A stretch of 64,000 nucleotides of DNA from Clostridia bacterium (GCA_017507215.1 JAFWBI010000003.1:15687-79686); one strand, 5' to 3'; numbered from the stretch's first letter, positions 26,744-36,758 are shown. Notes: generated by a model from the letters alone, not told the origin. Numbers and translations are program-made.

Positions 26744-27445
26744 ATGAAAATTTATGCAATAAGTGATTTGCATCTTTCAAACTCTTGTGATAAGCCAATG
26801 GATATTTTTGGTGGACACTGGGAAGGTTACACGGAAAAGATTATTGATAATTGGAAGTCAAAGGTGACTGATGAAGATTTGGTTTTGATTGCTGGTGATA
26901 TAAGCTGGGCAATGAAGCTTGAAGAAGCCACTGCTGACCTTGACTGGATTTATGAGCTTCCTGGAAAGAAGATTATCATTAAAGGTAATCATGAGTATTG
27001 GTGGAAATCAATTTCAGCTGTTCGTGAAATTTTGCCAGAGTCAATCATGGCAATTCAAAATGATGCTATCAAAATTGGTGACTATATCATTTGTGGCACT
27101 CGTGGCTGGACAGTTCCTGAAAAAGATAAAGAGCTTGAAGCAGAAGATTTGAAGATTTATAAAAGAGAAGTTGAAAGATTGAAACTTACCCTTATGTCTG
27201 CAAAAGTTTTAAAAGGTGACACTGATGCAAAAATTATTGCAATGATGCACTTTCCACCATATAACACAGACAAAGAGCAGAGCGATTTCACAAAACTCTT
27301 TGAAGAATATGCAGTTGACAAAGTTGTTTTTGGACACTTGCACGGTTACGTAAATTGTGACCTTGTTTCTGAGATTAATGGTGTGACATATTATTTCACA
27401 TCTTGTGACCACATCAAAAACGACCCCGTGATTATTTACGAATAA
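26744..27445 (+). CDS. Metallophosphoesterase (calcineurin-like phosphoesterase family)
   Basis: Contains SDLHLS, GDISWA, GNHEYWW, HFPP and GHLHG metal-ligand blocks. I prefer the ATG at 26744 (RBS GATGGAG) over the track start at 26732, which overlaps the end of engB. Confidence 0.75.
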   Translation: MKIYAISDLHLSNSCDKPMDIFGGHWEGYTEKIIDNWKSKVTDEDLVLIAGDISWAMKLEEATADLDWIYELPGKKIIIKGNHEYWWKSISAVREILPESIMAIQNDAIKIGDYIICGTRGWTVPEKDKELEAEDLKIYKREVERLKLTLMSAKVLKGDTDAKIIAMMHFPPYNTDKEQSDFTKLFEEYAVDKVVFGHLHGYVNCDLVSEINGVTYYFTSCDHIKNDPVIIYE

Positions 27446-27456
27446 AATGATAATAA

Positions 27457-27485
27457 AAGGCACCCATTAAAGGTGTCTTTTTTTA
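27457..27485 (+). terminator. Rho-independent terminator
   Basis: AAGGCACC / GGTGTCTT stem (one G-U) followed by T7. Confidence 0.55.
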
Positions 27486-27496
27486 TTGTGGGGATT

Positions 27497-27515
27497 TTGA
27501 CCACCGGTTGACCAC
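27497..27515 (-). promoter_or_regulatory. Distal pair of GTGGTCAA repeats (inverted orientation), candidate MraZ-binding sites
   Basis: TTGACCAC occurs at 27497-27504 and 27508-27515 (11-nt period). It is the reverse complement of the GTGGTCAA repeats next to the mraZ promoter. Confidence 0.4.
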
Positions 27516-27655
27516 TTTTGTTTAAAAATTATTAAATTTTATGGTCAAAATAACCAAAATGGTAAAATTTAGGATTTTTTAACCACTTTAAAAATGCTGA
27601 AAATTTCGGCATTTATGAAGTTTTTAACAAAAATGTTAATAACTTTGTTGAAAAA

Positions 27656-27682
27656 GTGGTCAAAAGTGGTCATTTTTGGTTG
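27656..27682 (+). promoter_or_regulatory. Proximal MraZ-box array: direct repeats with 10-bp periodicity abutting the -35 of the mraZ promoter
   Basis: AAAGTGGTCA (27653-27662), AAAGTGGTCA (27663-27672) and TTTTTGGTTG (27673-27682). GTGG-type direct repeats at 10-bp spacing upstream of mraZ are the known MraZ operator architecture in E. coli (GTGGG) and Mollicutes (AAAGTG[TG]). Confidence 0.6.
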
Positions 27683-27708
27683 CAATTTGATTTTGCTTGA
27701 AATATAAT
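27680..27708 (+). promoter_or_regulatory. Sigma-A promoter of the dcw cluster (PmraZ)
   Basis: TTGCAA (27680-27685), exactly 17-nt spacer, TATAAT (27703-27708). The RBS AAGGAGGGG precedes the ATG at 27740. Confidence 0.65.
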
Positions 27709-27739
27709 TGATTTATAAACTTATAAGGAGGGGTATTCT

Positions 27740-28162
27740 ATGCTCATTGGCACCTATAGACATTCTGTTGATGCAAAAAAGCGTATGCGTATGCCTTCTA
27801 AGTTTAAGGCTGAGCTTGGAGCAAACTTTGTTATTACAAAAGGCAACACAGGAAACTTGTTTGTTTTCTCAAACGCACAATTTTCTGCACTTTATGAAAA
27901 GATGATAAATCTTCCACTTTTTGATGAAGAAGCTCAAAAGCCAATCAGAAAATTCTTGTCATCTGCATTTGAAGCAGAAGAAGACAATCAAGGACGTGTT
28001 CTTCTTCCAAAAGAACTTGTTAAACATGCCGGCATTGAAAAAAATATGGTTTTTGTTGGTGTGGGAAATCGTGTTGAAATTTGGGCAGAAGAAACTTGGG
28101 ATAAAATCAATTCTGATGATGAAGATAATGATTTTAGCGTTCTTGCTAAGTTTGGAGTGTAA
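27740..28162 (+). CDS. mraZ: Division/cell wall cluster transcriptional regulator MraZ
   Basis: 140 aa. It opens MLIGTYRHSVDAKKRMRMP and has a duplicated SpoVT/AbrB-like DxxxR motif (DNQGRVLLP). It is the first gene of the dcw cluster. Confidence 0.9.
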   Translation: MLIGTYRHSVDAKKRMRMPSKFKAELGANFVITKGNTGNLFVFSNAQFSALYEKMINLPLFDEEAQKPIRKFLSSAFEAEEDNQGRVLLPKELVKHAGIEKNMVFVGVGNRVEIWAEETWDKINSDDEDNDFSVLAKFGV

Positions 28163-28164
28163 GC

Positions 28165-29097
28165 ATGACAGAATTTTCACACATTCCAGTTCTTTTAGAG
28201 CCAACAATTGAACTTTTAGACGTTAAAGAAAATGGTGTCTATGTTGATGGAACGCTTGGTGGTGCCGGACACTCAAAAGAAATTTTGAAAAAAGCCAAAA
28301 TCAAAAAGTTGATTGGAATCGACCAAGACGAAGAAGCTCTTTTGGCTGCAAAAGCAAATTTGAAAGACTTTGACAATGTGACTTATGTTCATGGCAACTT
28401 CAAAAACATTGATGAAATTTTAGATGAACTTAACGAGCAAGAAGTTGATGGAATTTTGGTTGATATTGGCGTCAGCTCACATCAAATTGACTCAGCAGAG
28501 CGTGGCTTTTCATTCAGGTTTGATGCCAAACTTGATATGAGAATGGACACATCAAAAACATTTTCAGCTTACAATGTTGTGAATGAATATTCAGAAGAAG
28601 AACTTACAAGAGTTATTCGTGAATATGGCGAAGAGAAATTTGCAAAGAGCATTGCACGTCACATTTTGAAGCAAAGAGAAGTTGGCGATATATCTTCGAC
28701 AAAAGAACTTGAAGAAATTATTTTGAAATCTGTGCCAAGATATCGTGGGCAAGATGGCAGAAGTAATGTTCAGCGAACATTTCAAGCAATTCGAATTGAA
28801 GTTAATGACGAACTTAATGTTTTGAAGGAATTTATTGATAAAGCCGTTTCTAAACTCAAAAAAGGTGGAAGGCTTGCAATCATTTCATTCCATTCACTTG
28901 AAGACCGAATTGTTAAACAAAAATTTAAAGAACTTGCAACCGGTTGCATTTGTCCACCAGATTTTCCAATCTGTGTATGTGGACACAAGGCAGCTGTTAA
29001 ATTAATAACAAAACACCCAGTTGAAGCAACAGACGACGAACTTAAAAGAAATTCAAGGTCTGCACCTGCAAAACTTCGTGTTATTGAAAAATTATAA
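28165..29097 (+). CDS. rsmH: 16S rRNA (cytosine1402-N4)-methyltransferase
   Basis: Contains HIPVLLEP, DGTLGGAGHS, DIGVSSHQID, ERGFSF and SFHSLEDRIVK. Confidence 0.95.
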   Translation: MTEFSHIPVLLEPTIELLDVKENGVYVDGTLGGAGHSKEILKKAKIKKLIGIDQDEEALLAAKANLKDFDNVTYVHGNFKNIDEILDELNEQEVDGILVDIGVSSHQIDSAERGFSFRFDAKLDMRMDTSKTFSAYNVVNEYSEEELTRVIREYGEEKFAKSIARHILKQREVGDISSTKELEEIILKSVPRYRGQDGRSNVQRTFQAIRIEVNDELNVLKEFIDKAVSKLKKGGRLAIISFHSLEDRIVKQKFKELATGCICPPDFPICVCGHKAAVKLITKHPVEATDDELKRNSRSAPAKLRVIEKL

Positions 29098-29117
29098 AAA
29101 TAAAGGAGGGTTTATAG

Positions 29118-29819
29118 ATGTTTGATGATGATGTATATTCAAATTTGTTGAATAGCTTGGGAACAATCACAACTGAAACAGATGAAGAAAATGAAACCAC
29201 ATCAAGTTATAGCCCTTCTTCATATAACACAACCACAACTTATAATCCTTACACCACAGACACATCTTATCAAGATGATTATTCTGTGACACCAAACTAT
29301 GAAGAGCAATCTTCTTATGAATCATCTAGCAGAGCTGAAGAAACTGCTGAAACAACAACGACATATGTTTCAAGCATGCATACGCCAATGATTCAAAGAG
29401 AAGAAAAGGCTGTGGTTCTCACAAAAACAAGACAAAAAATCTATTTGCATGCAAGAATGAAAATTGCGATTGCAATGTTTGTGACAATTGTTTCGGCGTT
29501 ATTGTTTGTGACAGTGTTCAATTTTGTGAATGCTGGCAGGCTAAATTCGTCACTTGCAGACAAACAAGTTGAAATTAATCAACTTCAAGCAAGCATAATG
29601 GAACTTCAAAAGTCATACAATGAAATGAGTTCTGACCAGTATATTATAGGCGAAGTTCAAACACCGGTTGATGAAGGTGGTCTTGGATTTAAAGATGCTG
29701 CTGACAGCACAATCACACTTTCTGTTGGTGATGTTTACACTGAGCCAGTGATTGAAGAACTTCCATCTAACTGGTTTAATGATGTTTGTGATTTTTTCAG
29801 TAATTTGTTTGCTGCGTGA
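29118..29819 (+). CDS. FtsL-like septation protein (low-complexity cytoplasmic N-terminus, single TM, coiled-coil ectodomain)
   Basis: It is in the position of ftsL between rsmH and the class B PBP. It has one TM (IAIAMFVTIVSALLFVTVF) followed by a heptad region (QVEINQLQASIMELQKSYNEM). Sequence conservation in this family is low, so the call is positional and architectural. Confidence 0.5.
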   Translation: MFDDDVYSNLLNSLGTITTETDEENETTSSYSPSSYNTTTTYNPYTTDTSYQDDYSVTPNYEEQSSYESSSRAEETAETTTTYVSSMHTPMIQREEKAVVLTKTRQKIYLHARMKIAIAMFVTIVSALLFVTVFNFVNAGRLNSSLADKQVEINQLQASIMELQKSYNEMSSDQYIIGEVQTPVDEGGLGFKDAADSTITLSVGDVYTEPVIEELPSNWFNDVCDFFSNLFAA

Positions 29820-29875
29820 TAATAGTCATATAAAATCTCGAACTGATACAAAAGATATTTGTTGAAAGTTTTGGG

Positions 29876-31789
29876 GTGGATATGGCAGTTAAATATAGTT
29901 TATATTCAATGAAACAAAGGTTATTAGCACTGTTTGTGCTGGTAACCTTTTTTGCGTGTGGAATAACTTTCAGAATTTTTTATCTGCAAGTTTTAAATAG
30001 TTTGTCTTACATTGAAAAGGGAATGACACAGTGGCTTCGTGATTTGCCACTTGTTGCAAGTCGTGGAACTATAACGGATAGAAATGGAGTTGTTCTTGCA
30101 TCAAGCCATACGACCTATGATGTTTATGTTAGGCCTGCCGATATTGAAAATGTGGAAACGGTGGCGAAAATTTTATCTGAAAATTTGAATTTAGATTATG
30201 AAAAGACTTATGAAAAGGTTTCTAAAAAGAATCAGAGTGAAATCAAAATTGCAACTGGTATTGAAAAAAAAGACGTGCAGAAAATTTTGCAAAACTATCA
30301 AAAAGGAATAATGTTTGCAAGCAACACCAAAAGGGATTATGTTTATGACGAAATGTTGTGTCAGGTTTTGGGGTTTGTTGGTGGTGACAATGTTGGACAA
30401 ACTGGAATCGAATCGTTTTACAACACATACCTTGCAGGAACAAATGGTGTGAGTTTGGTTGAGTCAGACCTTAAAGGAAGTAGTCTTGAAAATGCTGTCA
30501 CATATTATGAAGATGCGATAAATGGGTTAAACTTAACGCTTACTATTGATTTTAAGATTCAAAAAATTGTGGAAGAAAGACTTAAAAGAGCGATGAATGA
30601 AACTGGGGCGAAGTCGGTTTCGTGTATGGTGGCAAGTCCAAAAACTGGTGAAATTTTATCAGTTTGCACGCTTCCGTCTTACAACCTGAATGACATTCCA
30701 CGAGAAGATATGTCAGCATTAAATCGACTCTCAAGGGCATCAACTATTGTTGACACGCTTGAGCCCGGCTCAACATTTAAAGCGATTGTTGCTGCGATTG
30801 CGATAGAAGAAGGGCTAGCAGGGAAAGGCAGTTATTTTTATTGTGGTGGATTCAGGCTTATAAACGGTGTGAAAATTAACTGTTCTAGAAGGTCAGGACA
30901 CGGCAGTCAGTCACTAGAGCAAGGGCTTATGAATAGTTGCAACTGCGTGTTTATGGATTTAATTCAAAGAATCGGACTCAAAAAATTTTATGATTATTTG
31001 AACAGGCTTGGTTTTTCTGGCTCGCTTGGAATCGACTTTCCGGGTGAAGTTGCAGCAGTTTTGATGCCACAATCACTTGTGACTGCTCCAGACCTTGCTC
31101 GCATGGGTTTTGGACAAACCATTGCGCTTTCGCCACTTCATATGGTGACCGGATTCAGTTCCGTCATCAATGGCGGTGTGGTTTATCAGCCAAATTTCAT
31201 AAAGCAAATAAAGACGGAGACTGGAAAGGTGGTGTATAGCCGAACAGCAACAATTCATGAAAATATTTTTAGTGAAAACACAAGCAGGTTGATGAGAGAA
31301 ATGCTTTTTTCGGTAGTTTTCAAAGGTGGTGGAAGATATGCTGCTGTGGAAGGGTATCCGATTATAGGTGGAAAGACAGGAACGGCACAAAAATATGAAA
31401 ACAATGCTATTGCTCAAGGCAAATATATTGCTTCATTTATTGGCTTTGCACCATATGATGACCCGAAGTATGTGGTTTATGTAATTGTTGATGAGCCGCA
31501 AGGTGCATATTATGGTGGTGTGGTTGCTGCGCCTATTGCAAGTGATATTTTCAAGGGTGTTTTTGAAGGAGACTCAGAAATCAATAAAAAAGATGGTGTT
31601 CAAGAGCGAGTTGAAAACATTGAACTTGACACACTTATTGGAATGACGCTAACACAGTCAGCTGGTTATCTTCAAGGCAAAGGAATTCAATATTTGGTTC
31701 AGGGTGACGGAGATTATGTCACATCGCAAGTTCCTGCACCGGGTGCGATGCTTGCAGAAGGTGATATTGTGCTTTTAAAATTTGAATAA
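29876..31789 (+). CDS. Class B penicillin-binding protein (FtsI/PBP2B/SpoVD type) with C-terminal PASTA domain
   Basis: N-terminal TM anchor. Motifs are SxxK (GSTFK), SxN (NSCN) and KTG (GKTGTAQ). A C-terminal PASTA-like segment is present (LIGMTLTQSAGYLQGKGIQYLVQGDG). The start is GTG 29876 or ATG 29882. Confidence 0.85.
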   Translation: MDMAVKYSLYSMKQRLLALFVLVTFFACGITFRIFYLQVLNSLSYIEKGMTQWLRDLPLVASRGTITDRNGVVLASSHTTYDVYVRPADIENVETVAKILSENLNLDYEKTYEKVSKKNQSEIKIATGIEKKDVQKILQNYQKGIMFASNTKRDYVYDEMLCQVLGFVGGDNVGQTGIESFYNTYLAGTNGVSLVESDLKGSSLENAVTYYEDAINGLNLTLTIDFKIQKIVEERLKRAMNETGAKSVSCMVASPKTGEILSVCTLPSYNLNDIPREDMSALNRLSRASTIVDTLEPGSTFKAIVAAIAIEEGLAGKGSYFYCGGFRLINGVKINCSRRSGHGSQSLEQGLMNSCNCVFMDLIQRIGLKKFYDYLNRLGFSGSLGIDFPGEVAAVLMPQSLVTAPDLARMGFGQTIALSPLHMVTGFSSVINGGVVYQPNFIKQIKTETGKVVYSRTATIHENIFSENTSRLMREMLFSVVFKGGGRYAAVEGYPIIGGKTGTAQKYENNAIAQGKYIASFIGFAPYDDPKYVVYVIVDEPQGAYYGGVVAAPIASDIFKGVFEGDSEINKKDGVQERVENIELDTLIGMTLTQSAGYLQGKGIQYLVQGDGDYVTSQVPAPGAMLAEGDIVLLKFE

Positions 31790-31798
31790 GGGGAATGT

Positions 31799-33229
31799 AT
31801 GAAATTATTTAAGCTTTTAAAAAATCACAAATGCAGAACAGTTGGAAATGTGAGCGTTGAAATCACAGGGCTTTATCATAAAGATACGGAAGTGAAAGAC
31901 GGTGGATTATTCTTTTGTTTGCGTGGAACAAATGTTGATGGAACAGATTATGTCAAAAGTGCAATAAACAATGGTGCTGTTGCGATTGTGACTGAACACG
32001 AAATTCAAAATCTTTTTAGAATAACTCAAATTATTGTGAAAAATGCAAGAGAAACAATGAGCCAACTTGCGTGTGAATTTTTTGGAAACCCTGCACGCAA
32101 AATGAAAATTATTGGGGTGACGGGAACAAATGGAAAGACAACAATTTCAACAATGATTGCAAGGGGTTTTGAATTTGCTGGCAAAAAGGTTGGAATTGTC
32201 GGAACGAATGGAATTTTTATTTCAGGCAAAAGATATGATGCGTTTATGACGACACCAGACCCGATTGTTTTGCAATTTTATTTTTCGAAAATGCTTAAAG
32301 CAAAATGTGAGTATGTTTGCATGGAAGTTTCTGCGCATGCGTTAGACCAAGGCAGGGTGAATGGTTTTAAGTTTGATTTAGTGATTTTCACAAATCTTTC
32401 GGAAGACCATTTAGATTATTTCAAAACCATGGAAAGATATTTTGAAGCGAAGGCGAAATTGTTTACGTCAAACCATTCAAAGCACGCATTGATTAATATC
32501 GATGATGACGCGGGAAAGTTTTTGGCTGACTGCATAAATATTCCTTTTAGTGCGTATTCTATTAATGAAAAAAGCTCGTATTTTGCAAGCAAAATCAAAA
32601 CCCATGAAGCAAGTCAAGAGTTTTATTTTAATAACAATAATTTATTTATGATTAACATGATGGGAAGGTTTAATGTTTCAAATGCCCTTGCTGCAATAGC
32701 AGCGCTTAGGCATTTTGGAATCGAAATGAATGTGGTGGTTCAGGCTTTTGAAAAAATGAAACCGATTGATGGCAGGTTTAACCTTAGAGTTATTGGTGGA
32801 ATAAAGATTGTTGTTGATTATGCACACACTCCTGATGGACTTGAAAATTTGCTTAAGGCAAGCAGGGAATTGGCTTTTCAGAATAGACTGGTTGTGGTGT
32901 TTGGTTGTGGTGGAAACAGAGAAGTTCAAAAGCGACCAAAAATGGGTGAGATTGCATCAAGACTTGCCAATTTTGTGATAATCACAAGTGACAATCCAAG
33001 ATTTGAAAAGAGAGAAATGATTGCAAAAGATATTGAAAAAGGTGTGACCAGTTCAAATTATTTGATTGAGCTTGACAGAAGCAAGGCGATAAACAAAGCT
33101 GTGAAAATGTGCGAAAGTGGTGATGTTGTGGTGATTGCCGGAAAAGGCTCAGAAAACTATATTGATGAAAATGGTGAAAAAACGCCATATAGTGATTTTG
33201 AAGAAATTGAAAACCTTGGGAGATGCTAA
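31799..33229 (+). CDS. murE: UDP-N-acetylmuramoyl-L-alanyl-D-glutamate--2,6-diaminopimelate ligase
   Basis: The P-loop is GVTGTNGKTT. The DNPR motif (TSDNPRFE) is typical of meso-DAP-adding MurE. It is in the dcw position. Confidence 0.9.
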   Translation: MKLFKLLKNHKCRTVGNVSVEITGLYHKDTEVKDGGLFFCLRGTNVDGTDYVKSAINNGAVAIVTEHEIQNLFRITQIIVKNARETMSQLACEFFGNPARKMKIIGVTGTNGKTTISTMIARGFEFAGKKVGIVGTNGIFISGKRYDAFMTTPDPIVLQFYFSKMLKAKCEYVCMEVSAHALDQGRVNGFKFDLVIFTNLSEDHLDYFKTMERYFEAKAKLFTSNHSKHALINIDDDAGKFLADCINIPFSAYSINEKSSYFASKIKTHEASQEFYFNNNNLFMINMMGRFNVSNALAAIAALRHFGIEMNVVVQAFEKMKPIDGRFNLRVIGGIKIVVDYAHTPDGLENLLKASRELAFQNRLVVVFGCGGNREVQKRPKMGEIASRLANFVIITSDNPRFEKREMIAKDIEKGVTSSNYLIELDRSKAINKAVKMCESGDVVVIAGKGSENYIDENGEKTPYSDFEEIENLGRC

Positions 33230-34237
33230 ATGAGAGATTATTGTTTGATTGTTGAATGTTGTGTTTGGGGATTTTTGTTTACACTTGTGATTTCTCCATT
33301 TATTATTTCAATGATTAAACGAGAAAAAGTTAAACAGGTTATTTTGAACTATGTTGAAGCTCATTCATATAAATCTGGAACGCCAACCATGGGTGGAATT
33401 ATATTTTTGATTTCAATCACCATAATTTCACTGATTTGTTTTGACGGAAAAAGCAGTTTGGCGAGAATGTCAATTTTGATTTTCTTAGCATATGGATTAG
33501 TTGGTTTTTTAGATGATTTTATCAAGTTTAAGTTTAAGAGAAATTTGGGGCTCAGGGCATATCAAAAAATAATTTTTCAGCTTATAATTTCACTTGGAAT
33601 TGGTTATTTTGTTTATAAAGCTGAGCTTCTTGGTGGAAGGTGTGTGATTCCTTTCACGAGTTATGTTGTTGATTTGGGGGCTTGGATAATTCCGGTTGTG
33701 GCAATAATTTATTTAGCCACAACAAACGCCGTCAACTTGACTGACGGACTCGATGGGCTCGCAACTTCAACGACTTTTGCTTATATGCTTATGTTCACAA
33801 TTCTTTCACTTGTTGTTCAAAATAATGTGTTTTTGGGACTTGACGAAATTGCATATTCAGAAATGAAAAATATGGCTAGGCTTTCAAGTGTGGTGTGTGG
33901 TGCGCTTTTAAGTTTTTTGGTGTTTAACTGCTTTCCTGCAAAAATTTTTATGGGTGACACTGGCTCACTTGCTCTTGGAAGTTTGGTTGCAAGTGTGGCT
34001 GTGTTTTCAAAGATGAGTCTTTATATTCCGATTTTGGGAATTATGTTTGTGCTTTCAGCTGTGTCAGTTATTATTCAGGTGGCATATTATAAACTAACGA
34101 AAAAAAGGATATTTTTGATGGCTCCACTTCATCATCATTTTGAGAAAAAAGGTGTGCATGAAGTGCGCATCACGGTTTGCTATACTCTGGTGACTGTGTT
34201 TGTGGGAATTGTGTCAATTCTTTTGAATGTCCTTTAA
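33230..34237 (+). CDS. mraY: Phospho-N-acetylmuramoyl-pentapeptide transferase
   Basis: 10-TM protein with GTPTMGG, NAVNLTDGLDGLA, MGDTGSLALG and APLHHHFE. Confidence 0.92.
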   Translation: MRDYCLIVECCVWGFLFTLVISPFIISMIKREKVKQVILNYVEAHSYKSGTPTMGGIIFLISITIISLICFDGKSSLARMSILIFLAYGLVGFLDDFIKFKFKRNLGLRAYQKIIFQLIISLGIGYFVYKAELLGGRCVIPFTSYVVDLGAWIIPVVAIIYLATTNAVNLTDGLDGLATSTTFAYMLMFTILSLVVQNNVFLGLDEIAYSEMKNMARLSSVVCGALLSFLVFNCFPAKIFMGDTGSLALGSLVASVAVFSKMSLYIPILGIMFVLSAVSVIIQVAYYKLTKKRIFLMAPLHHHFEKKGVHEVRITVCYTLVTVFVGIVSILLNVL

Positions 34238-34245
34238 GGAGATTT

Positions 34246-35586
34246 ATGGAAGCATTGGTGGTTGGTCAAGGAAAAAGTGGCAGAAGTGCTTATGATTATT
34301 TATATAAACATAACTATAATGTAAAATTTGCAGATGAAAAAATTTTAAATTTATCAAAAGAAGATTTTGAAAAACAAGACAAGGACAGGCTTTTTGAAGG
34401 TCTGTCTTTTATTGTGACGAGCCCCGGAGTGAGTTTAGATTTGCCGTTTTTAGTTGAAGCAAAAAAACGAAAAATCAAGATTGTTGGTGAGCTTGAGCTA
34501 GGCGCAAGGAACTTAAAGGGAGATATTATTGCAGTCACTGGAACAAATGGAAAAACCACCACGGTTTCAATTATTAATTATCTTTTGAAAAATCAAGAGA
34601 GAAGAGTGTTTCTTGGTGGAAATATTGGCGTGCCGGTGACGAGTTTTTGCGATAACTTATCTGATGGAGATATTGCTGTTTTAGAGTGTTCGAGTTATCA
34701 GCTTGAAAGTGTGAAAGATTTTCATGCACATATCGCTTGCATTTTAAACTTTTCAGTGGACCACCTTGCAAGGCACAAAACACTAAAAAAATATATATGG
34801 TGCAAAAACAGAATCACTCGAAATCAAACTGAAAATGATTATTTGTTAATCAACTATGACAATAGTCTTTTGATGAAAAACATTCCAAAAACTAAAGCAA
34901 AAATTTTTTATTTCAGCACAAAAAGTCAAGTTGACGGTTGTTATCTTTCTCGTGGGTGCATATATTTTAAAGATAACAAAACTCATGAAAAACTATTATC
35001 TCTTAAAAATTTAAAGCTTGTGGGTGAGCATAACATTTCGAATGTTTTAGCGTCTGTTCTTGCTGTTTATCTTCAAACTAGAAGAAAAGATATTCTTCAA
35101 GATGTGGTGAACTTCAATTCGGTTGAGCATAGAATTGAATACGTCAAAACCATTAATGGTGTTGCGTTTTACAATGACAGCAAAGCCACAAACATCGACA
35201 GCACAGTCGTTGCAACAAAAAGTTTTAAATGTGAAATTAACTTGATTTTGGGTGGAAGTGATAAGGGTTATGATTTTGATGAATTATTCAAAAATTTGCC
35301 AAAAAATGTGAAAAATATAGCAATTTTTGGTGAAACAAAGCACAAAATTGCGTTTTCTGCAAAAAAGTTTGGCTTTGATAGTTATCAGATTTATAACACT
35401 CTTAAAGAATCAGTTTTGTCTTTGTTTCGAGTTGCACACAAAAACTCAATCGTTTTGCTTTCACCGGCTTGTGCAAGTTTTGACTATTTTTCAAACTTTG
35501 AAGAAAGGGGTAATGTTTTCAAAAAAATTGTAGGAGAGATTGCCCTTGATGAAAATTTGCACCTTGAAAACTCAAAAAAGTCATAG
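34246..35586 (+). CDS. murD: UDP-N-acetylmuramoylalanine--D-glutamate ligase
   Basis: Opens MEALVVGQGKSGRS. The P-loop is AVTGTNGKTTT, and NDSKATN is present. I prefer the ATG at 34246 (RBS AAGGAG) to the track start at 34177, which overlaps mraY by 61 nt. Confidence 0.9.
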   Translation: MEALVVGQGKSGRSAYDYLYKHNYNVKFADEKILNLSKEDFEKQDKDRLFEGLSFIVTSPGVSLDLPFLVEAKKRKIKIVGELELGARNLKGDIIAVTGTNGKTTTVSIINYLLKNQERRVFLGGNIGVPVTSFCDNLSDGDIAVLECSSYQLESVKDFHAHIACILNFSVDHLARHKTLKKYIWCKNRITRNQTENDYLLINYDNSLLMKNIPKTKAKIFYFSTKSQVDGCYLSRGCIYFKDNKTHEKLLSLKNLKLVGEHNISNVLASVLAVYLQTRRKDILQDVVNFNSVEHRIEYVKTINGVAFYNDSKATNIDSTVVATKSFKCEINLILGGSDKGYDFDELFKNLPKNVKNIAIFGETKHKIAFSAKKFGFDSYQIYNTLKESVLSLFRVAHKNSIVLLSPACASFDYFSNFEERGNVFKKIVGEIALDENLHLENSKKS

Positions 35587-36670
35587 ATTTAATTTTGTGC
35601 TTTTTGGACTAATGCTTGCCCTTGTTTTGATTGGTTGTGTTTTTGTTTTTTCAGCTAGTTCATATTCTGCCGAAGTTTCATATGGGGATAAATTTTTCTT
35701 TTTGAAAAAGCAGGTGTTTGGCATTGTGGTTGGGCTTGTGTGTTATTTTATTTTTTCATTTGTTGATTATAAAAAACTTGAAAGAGTGAGATGGGTGCTT
35801 TTTGTGTTGTCGGTTGTTTTGCTGGCACTTGTTTTTGTTCCGGGAGTGGGGCTTACAAACTATGGCGCAACAAGATGGATTAATCTTAGAGTGATAACTT
35901 TTCAACCATCAGAAATTGCAAAGTTTGCATTCATTGTTTTTGCTGCAAGTTATCTTTCAAAATCATCAGAAAAAGTGAAAACTTTTAAAGGGATTTTGCC
36001 AGTGCTTTTTTCTGGCTTTGTGTTATGCCTTTTAATCATTCTCGAGCCGAATATGTCGATTACAATATGTATGGCGCTTTTGGTTGTTGTGATGCTTTTT
36101 GTTGGTGGCGCCAGATTTAAGCATTTTTTGATTTTGATGATTCCTGCAGCACTCATGGTGGTTTTGCTTATTGTGGTTGAACCATATAGACTCAAACGAC
36201 TTATTGCGTTTATCGACCCGTTTGCATCTAGCAAAGACGAAGGGTTTCAGCTTGTGCAATCTCTTTTTGGAGTGTCGCTTGGTGGAATGTTTGGGCAAGG
36301 AATTTTTCACTCAAGACAAAAATTTTTGTTTTTGCCATTTTCAGAATCCGATTTTATATTTTCAATCATTGCTGAAGAAACTGGTTTTGTTGGCTCATGC
36401 ACTTTGATTTTGTTGTTTATTTTGCTTTTTATGAGCATTTTAAAGATTGCAAAAAATGCCGATACGAAGTTTGGATTCTTGCTGTGCCTTGGAATTGGCT
36501 CGATTATCATTATTCAGGTTTTGTTGAACATAGCAGTTGTGACAGGAGTGGTTCCACCAACGGGGCTTCCACTTCCGTTTATTTCAGCGGGAAGCACATC
36601 AATTATGATTTTTATGTCTATGCTTGGGGTGGTTCAAAATGTGCATAGGCAGAGCATAAATAAATTATAA
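35549..36670 (+). CDS. ftsW: SEDS-family peptidoglycan polymerase FtsW/SpoVE
   Basis: Polytopic protein with INLRVITFQPSEIAKF, FLPFSESDFIFSIIAEETGF and GLPLPFISAGSTS. I prefer the ATG at 35549 (RBS TAGGAGAG at 35531). Confidence 0.85.
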   Translation: MKICTLKTQKSHRFNFVLFGLMLALVLIGCVFVFSASSYSAEVSYGDKFFFLKKQVFGIVVGLVCYFIFSFVDYKKLERVRWVLFVLSVVLLALVFVPGVGLTNYGATRWINLRVITFQPSEIAKFAFIVFAASYLSKSSEKVKTFKGILPVLFSGFVLCLLIILEPNMSITICMALLVVVMLFVGGARFKHFLILMIPAALMVVLLIVVEPYRLKRLIAFIDPFASSKDEGFQLVQSLFGVSLGGMFGQGIFHSRQKFLFLPFSESDFIFSIIAEETGFVGSCTLILLFILLFMSILKIAKNADTKFGFLLCLGIGSIIIIQVLLNIAVVTGVVPPTGLPLPFISAGSTSIMIFMSMLGVVQNVHRQSINKL

Positions 36671-36671
36671 A

Positions 36672-36699
36672 AACATACCTAAAAGGTATGGTTTTTTTT
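36672..36699 (+). terminator. Rho-independent terminator after ftsW
   Basis: CATACC (36674-36679), loop, GGTATG (36685-36690), then GT8. Confidence 0.75.
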
Positions 36700-36758
36700 G
36701 TTTGGTTATGTTATAATATAATCAGAACAATGTGAGTTGTTTCTAGGGAGAAAACTTT

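Noticed and set aside
34177-34245. The track start for murD at 34177, and similar long 5' extensions for nrdR (48491), spoIVA (55116), the histidine phosphatase (57955), murA (38737) and sigE (46404).
   Set aside because: These upstream starts overlap the preceding gene or lack an RBS. Downstream ATGs with good Shine-Dalgarno spacing give N-termini that match the known families.
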